Shown: positions 24,759 through 33,643 of the stretch, one piece after another
How positions within the stretch are numbered: the first letter of the stretch is position 1
Layout: each line of letters opens with the position of its first letter
DNA from: a virus
Lineage: Duplodnaviria > Heunggongvirae > Uroviricota > Caudoviricetes
DNA length: 37,367 nt
Virus record (IMG/VR): IMGVR_UViG_3300042934_000563
Direction: 5' to 3' (one strand)
The notes under the pieces: generated by a model
Database searches by the model: none
What the model saw: the letters and a program-made list of their open reading frames with translations, nothing else
What the model was told of the DNA's origin: nothing
Translations under genes and position numbers: made by a program

Positions 24759-26357
24759 ATGACCGTCCCCAATGATGTCCCGCTCCTCGGTCAGCCCTTC
24801 ACAATGGGCGCAGCCAAGACATCCGTAGCTCCCGCCCCGTCACTCCCCCCGACGCTGGAAGAGTACGAAGCCGCAACCACCCCCAGCAGCACCACCCACC
24901 CCGCTACCCACTACCACTCCACAACAGGAGGCACGACCATTACCACCGCAGCCGCCCCCGCAGCCCCGACCGCCACGTCGTACAGCGCGACCCCCGCAGC
25001 CCCCGCAGCACCGGCCCCCGGCACAACCGCAGCTACCGTCAGCGCAGTCCTGGAGGCCCTCCCCGTCTGGCAGACGCCGCTCACCCCCGACGACCTCAAC
25101 ACCCTGTTCGCGTCACCGATCCTCGCAGCAGCCGCGCCGGTAATCCGCCTGGACGCGTCGGACCTCGCAAAGGGTTCGTACAAGTTCGAGGCCCTCACCG
25201 TCCCCCAGAAGATCCGCGACGACCTCCTCATCGCCATGTCCGCCACCGGAGTCATCCCCACCAGCCTCCGCAAGGTCGACGAGTTCTCCGCCCGCCTCCA
25301 GATCAACAACGAGATGGTCCGGTCACTCACCACCGCAGCCCGAGGAGTCATGGGCGTCACCACCTCCGCCCAGTTCAAAGAACTCCTCTCCTCCGACTTC
25401 GAGGTCGACTCCACCGACTACTACCGCTACGCCTGGAGCGCCTACACCGGCACCATGTTCGGAGCACCCAGCGGAGCGATCCTCACAGTCACCCCCGAAG
25501 AGCTGGAGGCAATGCACGCCGAAGCCGACGCCGCAGCCGCCCGTACCCTGGCAGAGCTGTCCAAGCCGCTGGAGCGCCCCAACGGAATGTTGTACTACCC
25601 CCGCAAGATCGAGCTGGACGGCGTCACGCTGTACGACACGCAGATCGTGGGCCAGTCGTACGCAAGCCGCATCCCCGTTCTCCTCTACGGCGAGCCGGGA
25701 ACCGGCAAGACAGCACTGTGCGAGGCAGTCCTCCCCGGACTGGTCACCATCTCCGGCACCGCTGACACGGAAACCGCCGACTTCCAGGGCAGCTACATCC
25801 AGAACCCGGACGGCACCTTCGAGTGGGTCGACGGCCCCCTCATCGAGGCCATGGAGAAGGGTGTCCCGTTGTTCATCGACGAGATCGCCCTCATCGACTC
25901 CCGAGTCCTGGCACTGGTCTACTCAGTGATGGACGGACGCGACGAAATCCGCATCACCGCCAACCCGAAGCGCGGCACCGTCAAGGCGCAAGACGGTTTC
26001 TACGTCATCGGAGCGTGCAACCCGAACGTCCCCGGCGCAGTGATGTCGGAGGCCCTCCTGTCGCGGTTCTCGCTCCAGATCGAGGTCACCACGGACTACG
26101 ACATGCTCACCACCCTCGGCATCCCCAACGACATCATTGCCGTCGCTAAGAACCTGGCGAAGATGGTCACCAAGGGCGAGATCATGAAGGCCCCCGAGAC
26201 CCGCGAACTGTTGGCGTACACCAAGATCCGCAAGTCCCTCGGCAAAGAGGTAGCCCTTGCGAACATGGTGTCGGGCGCACTCCCGAACGACCGCAGCGTC
26301 TACAGCAAGGTCCTCTCCGCAGCGTTCTCCGGCAAGGTCGGATCGCTCCGCAGCTAA
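24759..26357 (+). CDS. MoxR/CbbQ/CobS-type AAA+ ATPase with a long N-terminal extension, 532 aa
   Basis: GEPGTGKT Walker A, FEWVDGPL, FIDEI Walker B, ACNP, EALLSRF arginine finger. Confidence 0.9.
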   Translation: MTVPNDVPLLGQPFTMGAAKTSVAPAPSLPPTLEEYEAATTPSSTTHPATHYHSTTGGTTITTAAAPAAPTATSYSATPAAPAAPAPGTTAATVSAVLEALPVWQTPLTPDDLNTLFASPILAAAAPVIRLDASDLAKGSYKFEALTVPQKIRDDLLIAMSATGVIPTSLRKVDEFSARLQINNEMVRSLTTAARGVMGVTTSAQFKELLSSDFEVDSTDYYRYAWSAYTGTMFGAPSGAILTVTPEELEAMHAEADAAAARTLAELSKPLERPNGMLYYPRKIELDGVTLYDTQIVGQSYASRIPVLLYGEPGTGKTALCEAVLPGLVTISGTADTETADFQGSYIQNPDGTFEWVDGPLIEAMEKGVPLFIDEIALIDSRVLALVYSVMDGRDEIRITANPKRGTVKAQDGFYVIGACNPNVPGAVMSEALLSRFSLQIEVTTDYDMLTTLGIPNDIIAVAKNLAKMVTKGEIMKAPETRELLAYTKIRKSLGKEVALANMVSGALPNDRSVYSKVLSAAFSGKVGSLRS

Positions 26358-26368
26358 GCACCACCCAC

Positions 26369-26399
26369 GCCCGGAGAACGTGTGCTACGTTCTCCGGGC
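26369..26399. repeat. perfect 13-bp inverted repeat covering a putative -10 element
   Basis: GCCCGGAGAACGT-GTGCT-ACGTTCTCCGGGC. Confidence 0.8.
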
Positions 26400-26444
26400 A
26401 CCATCCCCCAACACCAACCAAACCCAGAAATCAGGAGTACCACC

Positions 26445-27212
26445 ATGGCTACCACCAACCTCCCCACCCGTGAGCCCCGCATCGCCAAGGCAGATGTCCC
26501 CGTGAACGCGCTCAAGGACCAGACCAGCGTTGCGTTGTACTTCGAGTACACGATGGGCGTCGGAATGCGCGACGAGACCAATAACACCGCCAAGCTCCAG
26601 TTCACCAACGTCGCACTGTTCGCCGTCGACAAGCACCTCCTGGTCAAGCGCCACATCAGCAACGTCGAGGCCCCGTTCGGCGGAGCCGCCACCATCACCT
26701 CCGCTCAGTTCCAGGCACAGTTTCGGGACGAGGCGAAGAACAACGGCGGCACCGAACTCACCCACGAGGACGCATTCCTGACAGTGATGCAGGCATGGGA
26801 GTTCGCCACCCGCCGCCCCACCGTCGCCTACTACCCGACAGCGAACGGGCACAACGTCACCGTCGGCGTCAACGCCGCAGTGTCCGAGCCCCTCATGTTC
26901 CCCATCGGCGAGGCCGACACCAAGACCCTCCGAGACGACACCAGCAAGCTAGTGCTGGCTCGGAAGATCGCCCGCAACGCGGAAAGCATGTGGGCAGCGC
27001 TCAGCGTGGAGGGCACCTCTACCCGCCTGGACTCCGCAGCCTCCACCCGACTGGACAACACCAGCGCCCTCGGCAAGTTCGCCGCCGCACTGGTCAGCAA
27101 GGAATACACCGAGTTCCCCCTCTACGACGGGCTGGACCGCAGCACCCTCAACACGGCAGGACTCCGCTCCGACCTGGCAGCCCTGGCACAGGGTGAGACC
27201 AATTGGCTCTAG
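26445..27212 (+). CDS. hypothetical protein between MoxR and VWA, 255 aa
   Basis: AGGAG RBS; typical codon bias. Confidence 0.85.
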   Translation: MATTNLPTREPRIAKADVPVNALKDQTSVALYFEYTMGVGMRDETNNTAKLQFTNVALFAVDKHLLVKRHISNVEAPFGGAATITSAQFQAQFRDEAKNNGGTELTHEDAFLTVMQAWEFATRRPTVAYYPTANGHNVTVGVNAAVSEPLMFPIGEADTKTLRDDTSKLVLARKIARNAESMWAALSVEGTSTRLDSAASTRLDNTSALGKFAAALVSKEYTEFPLYDGLDRSTLNTAGLRSDLAALAQGETNWL

Positions 27213-27232
27213 TCCGGGCCTTGTGCTAATCT
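27203..27232 (+). promoter_or_regulatory. putative promoter for the VWA gene
   Basis: TTGGCT-18-TAATCT with TGTGC before the -10. Confidence 0.5.
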
Positions 27233-27277
27233 CGGACACGAACCACCACCCCACACCCAAACGCTAGGAGACCCACC

Positions 27278-29830
27278 GTGCCCATGTTCCCGAAGAAGGT
27301 TCACAGCTCCAACAGCCTGTTGAAGCTGTCCGGCGCACTCACCCGTGTACTGAACGCCTACGACCTGTCAGCCGACCGCAACGTCGTGGTCTACGCGTTC
27401 ACCCCCGAGGATGTCCCGGAGTGGGAGAGCCTCCCCCCGATCTGGCACCAGTACGACGGCGCAACCCTCTGCGTGAACATGGGCAAGCTGTACCGCGCCA
27501 TGTTCGACAGCTTCCCAGGAGACAAGTTCTTCGACCGCCCCCTCACCGCAGCCAGCCGTGAGAGGGGGGCCACCCTGGCAATGTCCACAGGCCCCGACGG
27601 CGAAGGCATGGTAGTCGCCACCCCGCAGCTCATCAGCGACCTGGTCCGCACCATCGAGAACCGTTTCCAGGCTTCGGACATCGAGACCGCCGACCGCCGC
27701 TACAACGTCTACCTGTCCGGCGACCGACTCAACACCACCCCCATCGAGAAGACGCACAGCCGACTCAGCTACAACATCGAAAACGACTGGGACATCTCCG
27801 GCGTCGGCGACACCACCGGAATGCTCTACAACATCCTCATCGGCGCAATCATCCGCGAGGCAGGCTACGCCGTCATCAACCAGCCGATCAGCTACTCCGA
27901 CTGGTTCAAGCGTGCCACCGGCTACCAGCGCAACATCATCACCGTCTTCGAGGAGCTACGCGTCGAGGCGCAGCAGATTGCACGTATCAACGCCGACAAG
28001 AAAGCCACCGCACGCCGGTTCATGCGGTCCGCTATCCCCGCCACCGCCAACGTGGAGCAGATCATCGCGGACATGACGCAGATCATCTCCAGCGGCGACC
28101 AGAGCGGCGTGTCCATGGCAGCGCTCGGACTCAACTCCAGCCTCATCCTCGGACGCGTCCCCATCTCCACGTTGCTCCAGTTCGAGGTCGCCAGCATCCG
28201 CGACCACGTCGACACGTTCGTCGGCACCGACCGCCTGGAGAAGATGGAAAAAATCTGGGAGGAGTACGTCGCACTCAACCAGCCGAACGAAGAGGACATC
28301 ATGCCTCTGGTCCGTCGGTGGGAGGAACTGTTCCCGTCCGACGAGTCCGGCGAGAACGCCAAGTCGAGCGTTGCCCCCGCACCGCCCCAGGACGGCGAGG
28401 GCGACGAAGACGGCAAAGGTGGCGAAGGTGAGAGCGCACCCGGAGCACCCGACTCCAAGGGCAAGCCATCCAAGGGCAAGCCGTCTAAGAGCGGCGAGAA
28501 GGGCCAGAAAGAGCCCGGAGACGCCAAGGGTGGCAAGGGCGACGACGGCGACGGCGAAGAGGGTGAGGGAGCCGGAGGTAAGGGCAAGGGCGACCAGGAC
28601 GGCGACGAGAACGGCGAAGGTGAAGGCGAAGGCAACGGCGACAGCTCCAGCGGCACCGGAGAGCAGCAGGAGGCCCCCGGCACCTACGAGCGCACCAACG
28701 AGGACTTCGAGGGTGGCGGCACCAAGGGCGCGCACGCTAGCGCCATGGGAGCTAAGAACCTCTCACAGGTCAACAGCGACAGCGACCCCGTCGACGAGAT
28801 CCTGGAGATGCCCGGAGCCGCAGCAGCACTCCGAGGCGAGTTCGACAGCAAGCCCGCCGACCCCATCAACCCCACCCAGTCCGCCACCTACGACAACCAG
28901 GAGTTCGGGCCGAAGGACATCACCCCGTCCCGCATCAGCTACGCCAAGGCGCAGCACCGCCACGCCACCGGCAAGCCCTCCGACATCTCACGTGGAAAGG
29001 AAATCGAACCATCCAACTCGGACTTTGCAGCAGCAAGCCAGCTCGCTAAGGTCCTGGAGAACCTCAACATCTACGACCGTGGCAAGTTCACCAAAGATCA
29101 GATCACCCCGCCCGGTCGCATGAAGTCCAGGGCAGCAGTCCAGCAGGCCGCAGAGCGCACCCTCAAACTGGCACCGAACGCCAAGCCGTGGGCCCGCACC
29201 ATGCGGACTGTCGACATGAACCCACCCCTCACCGTGGGCATCATGACGGACGTATCCGGTTCGATGGGATGGGCCGAGCAGCTGTCCGCCAAGCTCGCTT
29301 GGATCGTGCAACACGCCGTAAGCACCATCAACGGACGCGTCGCATCCCTCGCATTCGGTGAAGGCGCAACCGTGGTCCTCCGCCCCGGCGAGAAGCTCCA
29401 CCACGCGCAGGTTGTGTCCGCCAACAACGGTGGCGAAGAGTTCGACATGGGCGCGGGAACGATGGACGTGATGCTGAACCTGGTCCACGGCACCGGCACC
29501 CGCATGTTGTTCGTCATCACCGACGGCTACTTTGTGTTCGAGAACATGATGGAAAAAGCCGCCGCGTGGATCGACCTACTCACGTCCAAGGGCGTCCACA
29601 TCGTGTGGATTACCCCCGACAAATCGGCAATGAAGCCGGTCGAGGAGCGAGACCACAACTACGACAGCCCGCTCACCTACACCCCGGACAAGACCATCCC
29701 CGTCCGGGCCGACGGACTCCAGTACGCCCGGAGCACCGAGGAGCGCGAGATCGAGACGCGCAAGCTCATCCAGACCGTCGGAACACAGATCCAGAAGGCA
29801 GTCCGCGAGAGCAAGCACAACTCCCGCTAG
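27278..29830 (+). CDS. von Willebrand factor A (CobT-like) protein with an acidic Gly-rich linker, 850 aa
   Basis: MIDAS DVSGS and ITDG; central D/E/G/K low-complexity linker; follows a MoxR ATPase. Confidence 0.88.
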   Translation: MPMFPKKVHSSNSLLKLSGALTRVLNAYDLSADRNVVVYAFTPEDVPEWESLPPIWHQYDGATLCVNMGKLYRAMFDSFPGDKFFDRPLTAASRERGATLAMSTGPDGEGMVVATPQLISDLVRTIENRFQASDIETADRRYNVYLSGDRLNTTPIEKTHSRLSYNIENDWDISGVGDTTGMLYNILIGAIIREAGYAVINQPISYSDWFKRATGYQRNIITVFEELRVEAQQIARINADKKATARRFMRSAIPATANVEQIIADMTQIISSGDQSGVSMAALGLNSSLILGRVPISTLLQFEVASIRDHVDTFVGTDRLEKMEKIWEEYVALNQPNEEDIMPLVRRWEELFPSDESGENAKSSVAPAPPQDGEGDEDGKGGEGESAPGAPDSKGKPSKGKPSKSGEKGQKEPGDAKGGKGDDGDGEEGEGAGGKGKGDQDGDENGEGEGEGNGDSSSGTGEQQEAPGTYERTNEDFEGGGTKGAHASAMGAKNLSQVNSDSDPVDEILEMPGAAAALRGEFDSKPADPINPTQSATYDNQEFGPKDITPSRISYAKAQHRHATGKPSDISRGKEIEPSNSDFAAASQLAKVLENLNIYDRGKFTKDQITPPGRMKSRAAVQQAAERTLKLAPNAKPWARTMRTVDMNPPLTVGIMTDVSGSMGWAEQLSAKLAWIVQHAVSTINGRVASLAFGEGATVVLRPGEKLHHAQVVSANNGGEEFDMGAGTMDVMLNLVHGTGTRMLFVITDGYFVFENMMEKAAAWIDLLTSKGVHIVWITPDKSAMKPVEERDHNYDSPLTYTPDKTIPVRADGLQYARSTEEREIETRKLIQTVGTQIQKAVRESKHNSR

Positions 29831-29839
29831 GTACGATCA

Positions 29840-29865
29840 GGGCAGGCTACTTCGGTAGCCTGCCC
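29840..29865 (+). terminator. stem-loop with a C(UUCG)G tetraloop
   Basis: GGGCAGGCTAC-TTCG-GTAGCCTGCCC. Confidence 0.75.
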
Positions 29866-29898
29866 ATCACCCAACAACCCAGAGCAGAGGAGCCCACC

Positions 29899-30261
29899 GT
29901 GGCGAAGAAAGACAACAAGCAGATACTGGCAACCGAACCCATGCGGATCCTCGCATCCAAGGTCCGCGAGTACCGCCAGTACGCGGAGCAGTGGAAAGCC
30001 CAGGCCGACAAGAAAGCCGACGAGCTGAAAGCCGAAGTAGGGGGCGAGGTCAACCTCACCCTCATCACCGAGCGGGACGAAGAGGTCGCCACCATCGGCG
30101 AGACCGTAACCCAGAGCTACGACTACAAAGCGTTCTTCGACGCCAACCCCGTCGCCAAGCGGGACCTGGAGGAGAACTACGCGAAGGAGCCGACCGTATC
30201 CAACCCGGTCCGCACCAAGTGGGTAGAGCACCCGGCACCGCCGCAGCCACCGGCCAACTAG
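29899..30261 (+). CDS. hypothetical protein, 120 aa
   Basis: GAGGAG RBS, GTG start (MAKKDNKQ...). Confidence 0.8.
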   Translation: MAKKDNKQILATEPMRILASKVREYRQYAEQWKAQADKKADELKAEVGGEVNLTLITERDEEVATIGETVTQSYDYKAFFDANPVAKRDLEENYAKEPTVSNPVRTKWVEHPAPPQPPAN

Positions 30262-30268
30262 CGCGAAA

Positions 30269-30296
30269 ATGGGGGAGAGCAACCGCTCTCCCCCAT
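30269..30296. terminator. bidirectional terminator between convergent arms
   Basis: ATGGGGGAGAGC-AACC-GCTCTCCCCCAT, 12-bp perfect stem. Confidence 0.8.
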
Positions 30297-30310
30297 CGCC
30301 GTTGGTACAG

Positions 30311-30640
30311 CTAGTACGGCGGAACTGGAGGTGTAGGAATGACTACCCCCGCATCACCGCACTTACGCACCACCACGGCCTGCCAGGTGTGAACCTCCGT
30401 GCCGTACGCCTCCCACAAGTTGACCGTCTGGTTCAACTGCGAGACCTTCAATCCGAGAGGCTCCACCAACGTCAGAGCGGTAGCCGCGACCGTCGCGCTA
30501 GCCGTTGCCTCCACCCCCGACGCCTCTGCGTTCGTCTTGCGATTGTCCGACCGGATCCTCCAAAGTTGGGCACCGAGCAACGCGACAATTAGCGAAATAA
30601 CGACCGTGAGTATTTTGAGCCCGGTATCCAACCATTGCAT
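30311..30640 (-). CDS. membrane protein, 1 TM plus coiled coil, lysis cassette, 109 aa
   Basis: N-terminal TM LKILTVVISLIVALLGAQLW; coupled to the upstream gene. Confidence 0.8.
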   Translation of the reverse strand: MQWLDTGLKILTVVISLIVALLGAQLWRIRSDNRKTNAEASGVEATASATVAATALTLVEPLGLKVSQLNQTVNLWEAYGTEVHTWQAVVVRKCGDAGVVIPTPPVPPY

Positions 30641-30641
30641 G

Positions 30642-31118
30642 TCAGCTAGTCCCTCCAGGATCCCCTAACGGGGGCGGAGAAGCCGGACAAGGATCGTCCA
30701 ACGCCGCCGTAACCTTGCGCATATCCCGGTGGATGTCCCATACCCTCCACAAACAGCCGAGTGGTATGCCCATCCCCAAACTTCCCGCAGCGATAGACGA
30801 AGGCCCCAGAGAGAAAGCCGCAATCGAGTAGCCGAACCAAGCTAGGCCGATGATTGCCAGCGCGTACGTCTCAGCCCGCACCTCCAGACGAATCTGTCGA
30901 ATCGTACGAAGTCGAGAGGACCGCCACGTAGCAGTCAGCCCACCGATCCCGCCCAACGCCATTACCGCAAACAGATAGTTGTTCCCCGTCGGCCACGCCT
31001 GTTCAAGCGCCTTCGAGACCTCCAGGGACGTTGTCACCGCTAACGAACCGACCCAAGCAGAGAGACCGAAAACAACTTTCTCGAACTCGCTGGCTCTACG
31101 GACGATGAGGGGTTGCAT
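30642..31118 (-). CDS. membrane protein, about 4 TM, lysis cassette, 158 aa
   Basis: Four hydrophobic segments; GGGAGG RBS before MQPLIVRR. Confidence 0.8.
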   Translation of the reverse strand: MQPLIVRRASEFEKVVFGLSAWVGSLAVTTSLEVSKALEQAWPTGNNYLFAVMALGGIGGLTATWRSSRLRTIRQIRLEVRAETYALAIIGLAWFGYSIAAFSLGPSSIAAGSLGMGIPLGCLWRVWDIHRDMRKVTAALDDPCPASPPPLGDPGGTS

Positions 31119-31542
31119 TGCGCCCCCTCCCATTCTGTTTAAGCGTCAACAACTTGTGCAGGAGCTTACCTTCGCTAACGGATGCAGCTGCCAAAACATG
31201 CACCCACGCAACCCACCCATATACGACAATTCCGGTAAGGCCAGCACTGTCTATCGTTCGGGCCGCGTCGATGAACGCGACCGCAAATAGCAGATATGCC
31301 GTAGCGGCTGTCATATATGCCTGGAAAAGCCCCCATTGCAGGACCTTGGAACAAACCCAGAAGATCAGGGCCAGGACCAAAAAGCCGACCCCCCACACAA
31401 ACTCTCCGCCAGTGGCGACGACAGTTGTGTAGGAGGGCCCGCTTATTCGGTCAGGCCCACCGATCAGGAGGACCATCCCGAGCAGTAACGCCAGGACAGA
31501 AGCCTGAAACGGTGGGATGTATGCCCTCCGTCGCGGCTCCAC
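31096..31542 (-). CDS. membrane protein, about 4 TM, lysis cassette, 148 aa
   Basis: Four hydrophobic segments; directly after the holin. Confidence 0.8.
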   Translation of the reverse strand: MEPRRRAYIPPFQASVLALLLGMVLLIGGPDRISGPSYTTVVATGGEFVWGVGFLVLALIFWVCSKVLQWGLFQAYMTAATAYLLFAVAFIDAARTIDSAGLTGIVVYGWVAWVHVLAAASVSEGKLLHKLLTLKQNGRGRNATPHRP

Positions 31543-31545
31543 CGG

Positions 31546-31806
31546 CTACTTCTCGTGGGTGTTCGGTGCGCTCACAATCTCGGGGACCATGGACGCTGTG
31601 CCGTCATTGGCTCCGAGGCCGAAGCCGTTGGACGCGATGGACGTGAGGATCGACAGAACTGCCGCCGCACCCGAGATCGACGCCACGTTGGTCCAGTCGA
31701 CATCGAGGAGTCCGACAGCGCCGACACCGAGGACGGCAACCGCCGACTGTGCCGCCGTTTTCACTGCACGCTCTGCCACGTCGCGCACGTAGACACTGAA
31801 AGACAT
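31546..31806 (-). CDS. holin (r1t-like), 86 aa
   Basis: RDVAERAVKTAAQSAVAVLG...LLDVDW...LSILTSIAS signature; follows lysin A. Confidence 0.88.
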   Translation of the reverse strand: MSFSVYVRDVAERAVKTAAQSAVAVLGVGAVGLLDVDWTNVASISGAAAVLSILTSIASNGFGLGANDGTASMVPEIVSAPNTHEK

Positions 31807-31808
31807 GA

Positions 31809-33140
31809 CTACTTCCCTTCTTTTATTGCTGCGACAGCCGCAGTCAAATCTTTGATAGATGTCTGGATAGCGGCCAGCGTGACCGGCAGCTCCACCGACA
31901 TCTCATGTATGCGTCCGTCGACGTTGAGGTCCATTCCGGCCCACGTGTCGATGAGTTCGCCCTTTTTCGCGTACTTGGACCGCGAGGGGAACTTTTTGGT
32001 CAGTTCGTTGTAGACGTAGACCAGCATTCGGTCCTGTTCCGGTGTCATATCGTTGTCCTCCGTGGGGGTGGTGCCACCGCCGTTTACGATGGCGTTTGCT
32101 TTCGCCAGGACGACATCGAACGGGTAGTCGTTACCTGGATCGGTGTGGTCCGTTTCGCCCCACGCCTTCGACGTGTCGCCGTGACCACAGACGCCTTTAC
32201 GTCCGGCGCGGATGTCCGCCGCCGACAGCTTCACCAACGGGATGCCGTACAGCAGCGAGTTGTGTGCGAGGACTCGGGCGGTCGCGTCGAGCTGTGCGCC
32301 GTAGCTGAGCCATTCGGCGCGGGACTGCGCGGACCATCCGAGCTGGCAGATATGCAGGCCACGCCGGTTGGCCTGGTAGCCGCCCGCCCACGGTGCATAG
32401 TTGTCGTCGTTGGATCGCCCGGTGTCGCCAGCGCGCCCCACGACCACCTGGTAGCTACCGCCGTTTGCGGGGTTGGCGAGGTACTGGAGGAGTCCGGGCA
32501 CGGTGCCGGGGGACGCGCCCCACCCTTTGTAGTTGCCAGGTTCGTTGGTGTGGATGACTTGCAGACTCGGGGGCATCGGGCGGACGCCGTCGTCTGCCGA
32601 GGTGAGGGTGGTGTAGTTGCATACGAATTGGGACACGGGTTTGCCTCCGGTAGTGGGGGGTGTGACTACCGGGGGTGTCGACGTACGCGGAGGGTAGAGC
32701 GCGCCCGCTAGCCACGGTTGTGGATTGAGTCGGTTGCCTGATTGGGGTGTCGACCAGACGTAGCGGTGCAGCTCCAGGTGGCAGTGGGGATCGACGCCGC
32801 CGTTGGTGTTCCGGTCGGGGTTGATACGCGCGATACGCTGCCCAGCTTCGACGCGTTGGCCGAGGGTGACCTCGGGGATGATGTGGCCGTAGACGGTGGT
32901 GCCGGATCCGTCGGCGGTGGGATGGTCGAGGACCACCCAACGTCCGAAGCCGTCGGCGGGGCCCACCATCGTCACGGTGCCGCCTTGGACGGCGTAGACA
33001 GGTTTGTTGGCGGATCCGCCAGGCCATCCGTAGTCGACGCCCCAGTGGGTAGCGCCGCGCCAGTTCTGCCAGCCGAACGTGTCTGTGACGATGAACCCAC
33101 GCTCCAGTGGGTAGTAGCGCGGGGCCATCACGGACACCAC
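31809..33140 (-). CDS. lysin A: N-terminal M23 peptidase, amidase_2 domain, C-terminal binding region (start may be 33128)
   Basis: HWGVDY and HCHLE (M23); VIHTNE, GH and HTDPG (amidase). Confidence 0.92.
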   Translation of the reverse strand: MVSVMAPRYYPLERGFIVTDTFGWQNWRGATHWGVDYGWPGGSANKPVYAVQGGTVTMVGPADGFGRWVVLDHPTADGSGTTVYGHIIPEVTLGQRVEAGQRIARINPDRNTNGGVDPHCHLELHRYVWSTPQSGNRLNPQPWLAGALYPPRTSTPPVVTPPTTGGKPVSQFVCNYTTLTSADDGVRPMPPSLQVIHTNEPGNYKGWGASPGTVPGLLQYLANPANGGSYQVVVGRAGDTGRSNDDNYAPWAGGYQANRRGLHICQLGWSAQSRAEWLSYGAQLDATARVLAHNSLLYGIPLVKLSAADIRAGRKGVCGHGDTSKAWGETDHTDPGNDYPFDVVLAKANAIVNGGGTTPTEDNDMTPEQDRMLVYVYNELTKKFPSRSKYAKKGELIDTWAGMDLNVDGRIHEMSVELPVTLAAIQTSIKDLTAAVAAIKEGK

Positions 33141-33144
33141 CCAT

Positions 33145-33175
33145 CTGCTAGTTAGTTACGGCAACTAACCAGCAG
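33145..33175. terminator. stem-loop between the tail genes and the lysis cassette
   Basis: CTGCT(A)GTTAGTT-ACGGC-AACTAAC(C)AGCAG. Confidence 0.55.
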
Positions 33176-33190
33176 TGTAAAGCATATTTG

Positions 33191-33625
33191 TTAGTTGTCT
33201 GGTGCCTGTTCGGGTGTCGTTTCGGGCACTACCTCGAACGGTAGGGGCGTAGAGGGCTCTGGTTCGGGCTCTGGTTCCGGTTCTGGTTCGGGGAGGGGTG
33301 GGAGTGGTTCGGCTGGTTCGGGGAATAGTTCGGTGATTTCGTAGCCGCCAGCGGTGAGGAGTCCCCAGACGCAAGCGTCGTCGAGTGTGACGGTGCGTTG
33401 GAGGATGAAGGATCCGGGGAGGGGGTTCATGGATCGGGCGGTGCCGTCGGAGTTGGCTCCGAATAGTTCGACGCGGAGTCCGTAGTTGAGGACTAGGACG
33501 ACGGTGACGTAGTCGAATGCTCGGTTGCCTTGTGAGGGGTCGGTGATCGGGGGGTCGACTCGGAATGTGCGTGCGGCTCCGATGTATCCGGCTGGTTCTG
33601 CTACTTGGATGGCGATGGATGGCAT
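33191..33625 (-). CDS. hypothetical protein with a Pro-Glu repeat tail, 144 aa
   Basis: ...VELFGANSDG...LPGS...GGYEI followed by PEPEPEPEPEP. Confidence 0.8.
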   Translation of the reverse strand: MPSIAIQVAEPAGYIGAARTFRVDPPITDPSQGNRAFDYVTVVLVLNYGLRVELFGANSDGTARSMNPLPGSFILQRTVTLDDACVWGLLTAGGYEITELFPEPAEPLPPLPEPEPEPEPEPEPSTPLPFEVVPETTPEQAPDN

Positions 33626-33643
33626 GGTGTGGGGCTCGTTTCG

